Shown here piece after piece: positions 46,873 to 54,105 of a stretch of DNA of 55,611 nt (its first letter is position 1; every line of letters starts with the position of its first letter). The translations under genes were made by a program, and so were the position numbers. Below the pieces are notes generated by a model. That model was given only the letters and a program-made list of their open reading frames with translations. It was not told the origin of the DNA and searched no databases. This DNA is from an uncultured Gammaproteobacteria bacterium (GTDB lineage Bacteria > Patescibacteriota > Microgenomatia > Levybacterales > UBA12049), in the NCBI GenBank assembly GCA_964515545.1, contig CAZERI010000002.1, forward strand, positions 1 to 55,611, given 5' to 3'.

Positions 46873-47463
46873 TTAGAAGGAGCCTGTTTTGACTTCGCCT
46901 GAGCGTTTGTATGAAGCAAAGCTTACACCGCTTGGTGAAGTTTTAGACTCGATGAGAGTGAATGAAGCAGGGATAGTACCCTTATCAAATAAGCGTTTGC
47001 CAGTTCCGAGTGTTACAGGAAATATTTTAAGCCATAGTTCATCGACCATATCATTTTTAAGTAGAGATTGAACGAGGTTGCCACTACCATAGACTTGCAA
47101 AGGAGGACCGTCTTTTTCTTTGAGTTTTTTTAATTCGTCAATATCTTTGAGAATGATAGTATTCTCCCATGATGTCTTTGTTAAATTTTTTGAGACAACA
47201 TATTTGGTGATTTTATTTACTTGGGGCCATCCTTCTGTGTGATTTGGCCAATATCCTGCAAAGATGTTATAGGTGTTGTGTCCGAGGAGTAGATCATATT
47301 CACCTTTCATCTGTTTGTCCATTTCTTTTCCTGATTCTTCATCAAAGTAGGGAAATGTCCATCCGCCGAATTTGAAGTTCCCTGATCTATCTTCGTCAGG
47401 TCCGCCTGGTGCCTGCATAACACCATCAAGAGTAATGAATTCAAGGACAATAATCTTACGCAT
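46873..47463 (-). CDS. DHFR/RibD C-terminal-like reductase
   Basis: TLDGVMQAPGGPDED, GSGNLV, DELWL, LGTGKRLF. Confidence 0.88.
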   Translation of the reverse strand: MRKIIVLEFITLDGVMQAPGGPDEDRSGNFKFGGWTFPYFDEESGKEMDKQMKGEYDLLLGHNTYNIFAGYWPNHTEGWPQVNKITKYVVSKNLTKTSWENTIILKDIDELKKLKEKDGPPLQVYGSGNLVQSLLKNDMVDELWLKIFPVTLGTGKRLFDKGTIPASFTLIESKTSPSGVSFASYKRSGEVKTGSF

Positions 47464-47506
47464 CGAGATTATTGTAACAAAAGCGGAAGATTATTCAATA
47501 GTAGCC

Positions 47507-47977
47507 TTATGAAGCCATTTTTATCAGGATACGATGAACGGTCTTCCATGTCCGAGTAGTAATTGCTTTACCGTACTCTTTCTCTAACATTCGCATCATC
47601 GTAGATCCGTCGCTTTTAGTTAAGTCGATGACTGTACTTACTTCCTTTCGCGGCTCTTTAAAAAACGTGACCACCAGATAGTTTGGTTTTTCATCTTTTA
47701 CATTTTTGAATGGGTTCTTATCTATTAACGCTTTAATTTCGTCTTGGCTTCTTATGATAGTGGAACTGGTAAAACCTAGTCTTCTTGGTAACTCTTTTTC
47801 AATTTTTTCTTCAAGAGAAGTAATGTCAGCAGAAGGAGAATCAAATAAGACATTGCCACTTGCAATTACTGTCTGTACATTTTCAAATCCTAAGCTCTCA
47901 AAGAACTCTTTAAGCTTTGTGCTTTTCATGTTGGGATTCATGGGCATAATACCACGAAGAAGTGCTACGTATTTCAT
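47507..47977 (-). CDS. DUF1697 family protein
   Basis: YVALLRGI, VQTVIASGNVLF, TTRTWKTV. Confidence 0.88.
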   Translation of the reverse strand: MKYVALLRGIMPMNPNMKSTKLKEFFESLGFENVQTVIASGNVLFDSPSADITSLEEKIEKELPRRLGFTSSTIIRSQDEIKALIDKNPFKNVKDEKPNYLVVTFFKEPRKEVSTVIDLTKSDGSTMMRMLEKEYGKAITTRTWKTVHRILIKMAS

Positions 47978-48016
47978 ATACGCTATTTTAGCAGAGAAGC
48001 TATTCAGGAATAAACG

Positions 48017-48934
48017 TTACTCTTTACTTAGTATTTTAATAAAGTCATTTTTGAATTCCTCTTCACTTATATATTCCACAACTGTGGTGTTGGGTCTACT
48101 TTGTGGTTTGGTACGTAAGTCAGCGACTGTCATTCCTCTTGTAAGTCTACCTTTAGTTTCTATCGCAATATTACAGTTATACACATTCGCAATTTTTGGG
48201 TTAATTAAGTAATACACAGTTAAAGGATCATACATCATAGCAGCTTTTACACCTTCATCCTTAGCAATATTATTGATATAGGGCTTAATCATTTTTAGTA
48301 ATACCGCTCGAAGCGACGAGTTTTTAATCGCCTTAAAGTCGTTAAGTGACAATCTAACATGGTTACAAGCATCTAGTGGTACAAGAATTTTATTGATGGG
48401 AAAGGAAAATACAACATCTGCTGCCTCTGGATCAACAAAGATGTTAAATTCTGCAACACGATTTTTATTACCAGGCACTTTTACTGCTCCTCCCATAATG
48501 ATTATTTTCTTCACTTTCATCATCGTTGCGGGTTCTTTAAGGATTGCCTGTGCAATATTGGTTAATGGGCCAAGAGCAACAATAGTCACTTTATTGGGGT
48601 TCATTTTTACAATTTCTAATATTCGTTCTACTGCATTATCTGTAAGCATTGGTTTATTGGCAGGGTCAATACCATCAAGTCCGCTTTTTCCGTGGACGAC
48701 AGCTTGTATTAATGGTCTCTTTAAAGGTTTTCGAGCTCCTGAAAAAACGGGTATATCACTTCTGTTGAGTACATTAAGCACGAAACGAGCATTTCTCGTT
48801 GTATTAGCGATAGTAGAGTTACCACTGACGGTAGTTAGGGCTTGAATATCAAACAGATTACTTTTTACAGCCAGCATTATAGCCATGACATCATCGTGTC
48901 CCGGATCCGTATCAATTATTATTTTTTGCTTCAT
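48017..48934 (-). CDS. Nucleoside hydrolase (IU-NH family)
   Basis: DTDPGHDD Ca-binding motif, VHG.SG, GPLTN, AEFN..DPEAA, PLD. Confidence 0.93.
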   Translation of the reverse strand: MKQKIIIDTDPGHDDVMAIMLAVKSNLFDIQALTTVSGNSTIANTTRNARFVLNVLNRSDIPVFSGARKPLKRPLIQAVVHGKSGLDGIDPANKPMLTDNAVERILEIVKMNPNKVTIVALGPLTNIAQAILKEPATMMKVKKIIIMGGAVKVPGNKNRVAEFNIFVDPEAADVVFSFPINKILVPLDACNHVRLSLNDFKAIKNSSLRAVLLKMIKPYINNIAKDEGVKAAMMYDPLTVYYLINPKIANVYNCNIAIETKGRLTRGMTVADLRTKPQSRPNTTVVEYISEEEFKNDFIKILSKE

Positions 48935-49602
48935 ATAAATCCCTCCTTTTTCAATATGTTAATTGCTGATTTTACATTTTTCGTTTTATAGTCAGCGGTT
49001 GTGTTTTCGTTAGATCCAACTAATATAGTTTTCATACCAATGCTTTTTGCAGGAAGAATATCTGAGTATTCCTGGTCACCAATCGAAAATACATTTCCTG
49101 GAGGAACACGTAAATCATTCGCAATCTTTCGAAATACGACAGGGTTTGGTTTCCTTTCATCTGGTTCACCTGTATACAGCTTTCCTTCAAACATCCTATC
49201 AATATCCAGATATGCCAAAACATTTATAGCCCACACTCTTGGTGCTGCTGTTAAGAGTGCAATGCGTCCCTTTAACTGTTCAAGCATTTCTGGTAAGTCT
49301 GGATCCTTCTCAATATAGTCATTTGGATTGAGATTCCATGTGCTATCAAAATAATCATACCTATCTATTCCGTATTCCTTCTCTACTCCTAGACTTACCT
49401 CTCCATCATATTTGTCTTTTATCCTTTCATATTCAGACAAGGCTTCATCTCTTGATAACCCACGTCTCTCCATGAAAAAGCCATAGACATTGCTTCTCAG
49501 GTCAGTATAGAAACGTGACGCTGTAAAGGTTTGTCCTTGCCCTTTGTCAAAGTGATAGAGAGTACCATCCATATCAAAAATAAATCTATATTGTTCTTTC
49601 AT
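48931..49602 (-). CDS. HAD-superfamily hydrolase, probable nucleotidase
   Basis: FDMDGT, LTAA, KP, IGD...DI; start ATG 49602 (ORF-track ATG 49629 lies in terminator loop). Confidence 0.88.
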   Translation of the reverse strand: MKEQYRFIFDMDGTLYHFDKGQGQTFTASRFYTDLRSNVYGFFMERRGLSRDEALSEYERIKDKYDGEVSLGVEKEYGIDRYDYFDSTWNLNPNDYIEKDPDLPEMLEQLKGRIALLTAAPRVWAINVLAYLDIDRMFEGKLYTGEPDERKPNPVVFRKIANDLRVPPGNVFSIGDQEYSDILPAKSIGMKTILVGSNENTTADYKTKNVKSAINILKKEGFI

Positions 49603-49614
49603 AGTTTTTACCAC

Positions 49615-49639
49615 AAAAAAACCTCCCATGTGGGAGGCC
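49615..49639 (-). terminator. Intrinsic terminator inside the leader of the HAD/nucleoside hydrolase operon
   Basis: GGCCUCCC-ACAU-GGGAGG followed by U7, ending 12 nt upstream of ATG 49602. Confidence 0.85.
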
Positions 49640-49665
49640 TATTTCTGTCGAATATGTTACCAACA

Positions 49666-49731
49666 TCACGACAAAAGATCCTCCCGAAGAGGTTCTGTAT
49701 GATGCCAATTAAACAAATTTGCGTAGTTCAT
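49666..49731 (-). CDS. Putative 21-aa leaderless leader peptide MNYANLFNWHHTEPLREDLLS
   Basis: ATG exactly 7 nt after extended -10; ORF spans attenuator segments 1 and 2. Confidence 0.55.
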   Translation of the reverse strand: MNYANLFNWHHTEPLREDLLS

Positions 49732-49738
49732 AAAATTT

Positions 49739-49747
49739 ATTATAGCA
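49739..49747 (-). promoter_or_regulatory. Extended -10 promoter (TGcTATAAT) within a TATAGCA-N6-TGCTATA inverted repeat (49741-49760)
   Basis: Direct reading of sequence. Confidence 0.7.
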
Positions 49748-49823
49748 TATTTCTGCTATACAGAAAAAATGGCTGAGAGGTTCGGTCAAGAACCTTCTTA
49801 TCGTTATAGCTCTTTATCAGACA

Positions 49824-50027
49824 TCATGAATCTTTTTCATAGTCTTCTAAAAATTTGATTGCTTCATCAAGAGTATTACATTCAGATTCAGGAACTATAT
49901 ATCCAACTCCATCTCGATTAGAAAGCTTTCTTTCTCTTTGAGTATTAAAGACATAAAAGCCTTGCTCCGTTTGAATAATATCGAACCAATATTTCTTAAT
50001 AAACTTAGTTTTAACAATTGTATGCAT
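49824..50027 (-). CDS. Hypothetical 67-aa protein
   Basis: ORF track; starts 2 nt after upstream gene stop. Confidence 0.6.
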   Translation of the reverse strand: MHTIVKTKFIKKYWFDIIQTEQGFYVFNTQRERKLSNRDGVGYIVPESECNTLDEAIKFLEDYEKDS

Positions 50028-50029
50028 AA

Positions 50030-50740
50030 TTATTTTTTCTCACCTTCAAATTTTAGATATTCAACAAACTTATCAACCACTTTCCATGTCTTCATCATAA
50101 TATCAACACGCTTTTCTCCCAAAACAGATTTATATTCACCGTGACGCTGACCTCCTCCAGAATTTTTAATTTCATTTACATCGGCTTCATTTAATCCCAA
50201 AATTCTTATAGTATCCTTCCATCCTTTAGCCTTATTACCAGACGTCATGAAATGTTGCATTATAGTTTCAGTTGCCCTCCTACAATGAAAAAACGTATCA
50301 AAGGGACGTTTAATAGCGTCTCTTAAATCCTTCAATACCATATAAAGCTTAGGGTGCTTTAGAGCAAGTAACAGTGTGTCGTGGTAATTTAAAGGTCTAT
50401 TCTTTTCATCTTCTGTTATTTTGATCACATCAATCCCGAAAACTTCATTTTCTTGCGTTTCTGGTATATAAACAGAGTGCAATTCTACAGAATAGGCATA
50501 GCCCTTTAGATAACCGTAAACGTCAACCATAGTATAAACAAAATTTTCTACCGTATTTCTAAGGTCAACTGTGGATAATTTCATATCTGTATCAAGTTCA
50601 ACTACTACTTGAGACAGTTTGATAGAAACTTTTACCGTTCCTTTAAAAGGAGAATCATCTGCTCCAACTTCTGCAGAAATATCAGAAATTGTTAGAGTTG
50701 CTCTTTCGGGTTGTACCTTACCAAAAAAAATATATTTCAT
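50030..50740 (-). CDS. Hypothetical 236-aa protein, beta-rich N-terminus and helical C-terminus (possibly HEPN-like)
   Basis: ORF track; AT-rich; C-terminal QRHG; immediately 3' of tRNA-Gln. Confidence 0.7.
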   Translation of the reverse strand: MKYIFFGKVQPERATLTISDISAEVGADDSPFKGTVKVSIKLSQVVVELDTDMKLSTVDLRNTVENFVYTMVDVYGYLKGYAYSVELHSVYIPETQENEVFGIDVIKITEDEKNRPLNYHDTLLLALKHPKLYMVLKDLRDAIKRPFDTFFHCRRATETIMQHFMTSGNKAKGWKDTIRILGLNEADVNEIKNSGGGQRHGEYKSVLGEKRVDIMMKTWKVVDKFVEYLKFEGEKK

Positions 50741-50780
50741 ATTGTTATCTCGAGGATACGATCACCTAGGGTGCCCGTCT

Positions 50781-50854
50781 TGGCTGCCAGGCTTGGATTC
50801 GAACCAAAATAAACGGATTCAGAGTCCGTTGTCCTACCATTAGACGACCTGGCA
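50781..50854 (-). tRNA. tRNA-Gln(CUG), 74 nt, CCA encoded
   Basis: Acceptor TGCCAGG/CCTGGCA, D-arm GTC/GAC, anticodon arm ACGGA-CTCTGAA-TCCGT, T-loop TTCGAAT, G73 and U1-A72. Confidence 0.97.
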
Positions 50855-50923
50855 ATGAATACTGCAATTTTAGCGAAAATAGAGCTCAATTACTAGTTCT
50901 AGCTATTTTGTTATAATTCCACC

Positions 50924-51469
50924 ATGACAAACACGACTTTAGAAAATATTTTCGAACAATCCCTGAGTCATAGAAAAGAGCATGAATGCGGGGGATATCC
51001 CTACGAGCATGCGGATATGCTCTCTCTTCTCATCAAGCTGACTAACTCAAGATCTATTTTGGAATTTGGGACTGCGCTTGGCTATACATCTGCAGTTATG
51101 GCAAGTACACAGAAAGATGTACATATTGATACCCTTGATCAGGATGAAGATCATTTGAAAATAGCTAAAAAAAATTGGGAAGAATTAGGTCTATCATCCC
51201 AAATAACCTCTTATCTAGGGAAAGCGGAAGCTAGCCTGCCTGGACTATCTGGTCCTTATGATCTCATCTTTTTTGATGGGCATACTCCCTCTATGAAATT
51301 TCTTATACAGTTTGAGAGATTACTTAAAAAGGGTGGAATATTAGTTACGGCTAATATGTTTTTGAGGGATGTAACAGGAGGGAAATATATGCGAGCGCTA
51401 CAGAGACACAAAAAATGGCAAGTCGGAGTTTTTGCTGATACCGCCATAGCCTTAAAACTATTCGGATAA
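50924..51469 (+). CDS. Class I SAM-dependent (O-)methyltransferase
   Basis: ILEFGTALGYT, GKAE, DLIFFDG, LKKGGILVTAN. Confidence 0.87.
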   Translation: MTNTTLENIFEQSLSHRKEHECGGYPYEHADMLSLLIKLTNSRSILEFGTALGYTSAVMASTQKDVHIDTLDQDEDHLKIAKKNWEELGLSSQITSYLGKAEASLPGLSGPYDLIFFDGHTPSMKFLIQFERLLKKGGILVTANMFLRDVTGGKYMRALQRHKKWQVGVFADTAIALKLFG

Positions 51470-51476
51470 TATCGCG

Positions 51477-52673
51477 ATGCTACAATATGGTATGGGAAAG
51501 AAGATACTTATCAGCTTCCTTGGTCTCGTTGTAGGTACCCTTATCGCTTATCTTGTGGTTATTCATCCTTCCTTATTCTCTCTCTCACCAAGTAAAACCA
51601 CGCTATTTAATACATCTCAAGAAAAAACTAAAGAAGTCATAGGCTTTCTTCCTTATTGGCTTATGGGGAAGGCAAAGGATGATTATTCCGCCTATATCAC
51701 TAACCTTTCGTATTTTGCTTTAACTGTCGATACAGATGGGAGAATTCTCAAGCTCAATTCTCCTATTGAGGCAGAGCCAGGATGGTATGCACTCAACTCT
51801 GGTAAAGCAACTAGCTTTTTAGAAATGGCTAAGAAAAAAAATCTCAATTTATCTCTTACTGTCTTCAATGGAGATCGTGACATGATTGATGAGCTTATTT
51901 CAGATCCTATACCTCACGCACAGAATCTAGCAGATGATGTCATCCCTGTCATGAGAGAACATGGGTTTAAAGAACTAAATTTGGATATCGAGAGTACGAA
52001 GGATGCCTCAACTGAGGCTCGAGAGAACTTTACGGCTTTTATGAGAGAGCTTAAAAGTAAGCTTACTGATGAGGATATAACGATGACAGTTGATATTACT
52101 GGTATGGACCTTATCAAAAAGACCCTCATTGATCCCAAAGACGCAGGGAGTATCGCTGACCATGTATTAGTAATGACATATGACTTCCATTATCCCGGTT
52201 CTTTCGTGACTGGAGCAGTTGCCCCTTTGGGTGGTGCAGGAGTAACTGCTGAATATGATGTGGATTCAGCAATCGAAAAATCTAAAGCAGTTATGCCATC
52301 AGAAAAAATCCTGCTTGGTGTACCTCTCTATGGATATGAATGGGAGACTATAAGTGATACAGTCCATGCAGGTATCATTCCTGGTACAGGCATTACTGCT
52401 AGTAACAGAAGGATAGAAGATCTGATCACATCATGTTCTAGCTGTAGCGCTTCTTTTGATACTACCTCTATGGAGTCATATCTTATGTATAAAGATACAG
52501 AGACAGATACATATCATCAGCTGTTTTATCCTACCAGTGATTCAACATTTGCAAAAATAGAATTTGTGACAAAAGAAAAGTTGGGGGGGATAGGTCTATG
52601 GGCATTAGGGTATGAGGGAAAGGACATCCTCAATCCGCTGGAAAATTATAAAAGTAGTTTATTTAATAATTGA
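51477..52673 (+). CDS. Membrane-anchored glycoside hydrolase family 18
   Basis: GFLPYW, LNLDIE, VMTYDF, LGVPLYG, GIGLWALG. Confidence 0.87.
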   Translation: MLQYGMGKKILISFLGLVVGTLIAYLVVIHPSLFSLSPSKTTLFNTSQEKTKEVIGFLPYWLMGKAKDDYSAYITNLSYFALTVDTDGRILKLNSPIEAEPGWYALNSGKATSFLEMAKKKNLNLSLTVFNGDRDMIDELISDPIPHAQNLADDVIPVMREHGFKELNLDIESTKDASTEARENFTAFMRELKSKLTDEDITMTVDITGMDLIKKTLIDPKDAGSIADHVLVMTYDFHYPGSFVTGAVAPLGGAGVTAEYDVDSAIEKSKAVMPSEKILLGVPLYGYEWETISDTVHAGIIPGTGITASNRRIEDLITSCSSCSASFDTTSMESYLMYKDTETDTYHQLFYPTSDSTFAKIEFVTKEKLGGIGLWALGYEGKDILNPLENYKSSLFNN

Positions 52674-53303
52674 TGTTCGGGTGGAGGGATCAAAAGTGAG
52701 GACTTCATCTTTTCCTATTTTTTGGACAGTACTTACATTATCACTGTCATTATAGGCAGCTGTAACTCCTCCGCTAGTGACAGAAATCGTAACAGTTCCA
52801 TCTCCATCATCAATTGCGACTGAGAAATTTCCTCCATGCGATTCAAGGAGAATTGGAGATGTACGTATTCCAAGTACGGCGCTGCTAGAAGCCTGGTATT
52901 CGATTTCTCCAGAAGGTTGCTCAACTACCATGCTCGTTGGAAGTGCCTGGATGATAGTAAGTTTAGTAGTGGGAGAAAGCTGGAAAAGCATACCAGGAAA
53001 AGCAACAGATACTTTTCCTGTCTTACCAGTCTCCAAAGATTCTCCTTGTTGGACTTTCTGTTTAAGGGTAATGATGGATGACTCTGTTGCTGTCCTTGAC
53101 TGCCATTTTACCTCTCCTGAGAGTAAGGTAATATCTCCATGCAGAGAGGTCGAGGGAGCATCTTCAAGAGAAAATTTTGAAGGCTCTTGAGAAATTTTTA
53201 CTTGCGGAGTGATTACTTTCTGAGAGGTATTTTTATAAATGAGAAAGAAAGTAAGAACAAATCCTACTAGGAGAAAGGTAATAAATAATACTACATTTTT
53301 CAT
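52659..53303 (-). CDS. Membrane-anchored FecR-like beta-domain protein
   Basis: N-terminal TM; G.V..GESLETGKTGKV..LSPTTKL FecR-like pattern. Confidence 0.55.
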   Translation of the reverse strand: MKNVVLFITFLLVGFVLTFFLIYKNTSQKVITPQVKISQEPSKFSLEDAPSTSLHGDITLLSGEVKWQSRTATESSIITLKQKVQQGESLETGKTGKVSVAFPGMLFQLSPTTKLTIIQALPTSMVVEQPSGEIEYQASSSAVLGIRTSPILLESHGGNFSVAIDDGDGTVTISVTSGGVTAAYNDSDNVSTVQKIGKDEVLTFDPSTRTSIIK

Positions 53304-53310
53304 AGAGATA

Positions 53311-53574
53311 TTATACCCGCGACATATTACTAATAAGTAACAATTTTTTAGTTCTATCTAGTTTTTTAAGTTCTATCTCTCGTTTAAGAGCAGCTGAGAG
53401 TGAAGAGTGTTCTTCTGTCAATATCATTTTCACTGGCCTTCTGCTTCTTGTATATTTGGCCCCTCCTTTTATTTCTCCATTGTGCTGGCGAAGTCTTTTT
53501 TCGATATTAGTCGTTTTGCCGATATAGAGCGTTTTGTCACTGCATTCAATGATATAGGTATAGTAGATAGGCAT
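53311..53574 (-). CDS. GIY-YIG nuclease (UPF0213/YhbQ-like)
   Basis: YTYIIEC..LYIGKTTN..RLRQHN..GAKYTR..A.KRE. Confidence 0.92.
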   Translation of the reverse strand: MPIYYTYIIECSDKTLYIGKTTNIEKRLRQHNGEIKGGAKYTRSRRPVKMILTEEHSSLSAALKREIELKKLDRTKKLLLISNMSRV

Positions 53575-53604
53575 ACATATAGTATATACCTATCATAAAG
53601 CTTC

Positions 53605-53633
53605 TTGACAATAAATACCTTATGTCATAAGAT
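53605..53633 (+). promoter_or_regulatory. marR-MFS promoter with overlapping palindrome CTTATG-T-CATAAG (53619-53631), probable MarR operator
   Basis: TTGACA-17 nt-TAAGAT; palindrome overlaps spacer and -10. Confidence 0.7.
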
Positions 53634-53649
53634 ATTAATAACATTAACT

Positions 53650-54105
53650 ATGACTAAGACTCAGCTTCTAGAAGTTTTTTTTGATACCAGTGCTAAGATC
53701 AAACGACTTATGTCCCAAGGTATCCAGGATCAGGATCGTCTGGCAACTTTTTTTCAGCTTCAAGTTCTCTCCTACTTATCAAATCATACCGATAGTACAC
53801 CAGGTCAGCTGGCTGAAGCTTTTTGTATGTCCAGCTCAGCAGTTGCTCAGCTTATCGATCGGTTGTTAACATCTCAGTTGGTAGCAAGAGAGCATGATGA
53901 AAAAGATCGTCGTGTCGTTCACTTGAGGCTAACTTCAGAAGGAGTAGAAGAGCTTAATCGGTTAAAAGAAATTCGGCGTAAGCGTTTGGGTCCGTTAGTC
54001 AAGCATCTTGATGAGAAAGATCTTCAGGAGTTAATACGAATTCTCCAAAAAGTTTACGTCTCAATGGATAAAGAAATGAGAGGAAAATTACATGGAAAAT
54101 ATTAA
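53650..54105 (+). CDS. MarR family transcriptional regulator
   Basis: LAEAFCMSSSAVAQLIDRL, R..DEKDRR...L.LT.EG; start refined to ATG 53650. Confidence 0.92.
   Translation: MTKTQLLEVFFDTSAKIKRLMSQGIQDQDRLATFFQLQVLSYLSNHTDSTPGQLAEAFCMSSSAVAQLIDRLLTSQLVAREHDEKDRRVVHLRLTSEGVEELNRLKEIRRKRLGPLVKHLDEKDLQELIRILQKVYVSMDKEMRGKLHGKY

Noticed and set aside
47706-48845. Plus-strand ORFs 47706..48212 and 48393..48845
   Set aside because: Antisense shadows of DUF1697 and nucleoside hydrolase genes.
49632-49731. Assignment of the HAD leader to a known riboswitch (ykkC variants, purine, preQ1, PyrR site)
   Set aside because: Conserved cores of these families are not visible; a leader-peptide model fits better, pending an Rfam search.
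50741-50780. CACC-TAG-GGTG hairpin after tRNA as terminator
   Set aside because: 4-bp stem and no U-tract on either strand.
50619-50843. 74-aa plus-strand ORF
   Set aside because: Overlaps tRNA-Gln and the 236-aa gene on the other strand.
50924-51469. Calling the methyltransferase a tRNA modifier (TrmR-like) because it neighbours tRNA-Gln
   Set aside because: Motifs support only a generic class I O-methyltransferase; adjacency alone is not evidence.
53311-53574. GIY-YIG gene as homing endonuclease or mobile element
   Set aside because: 87-aa stand-alone UPF0213-type protein; no intron, intein or flanking repeats seen.
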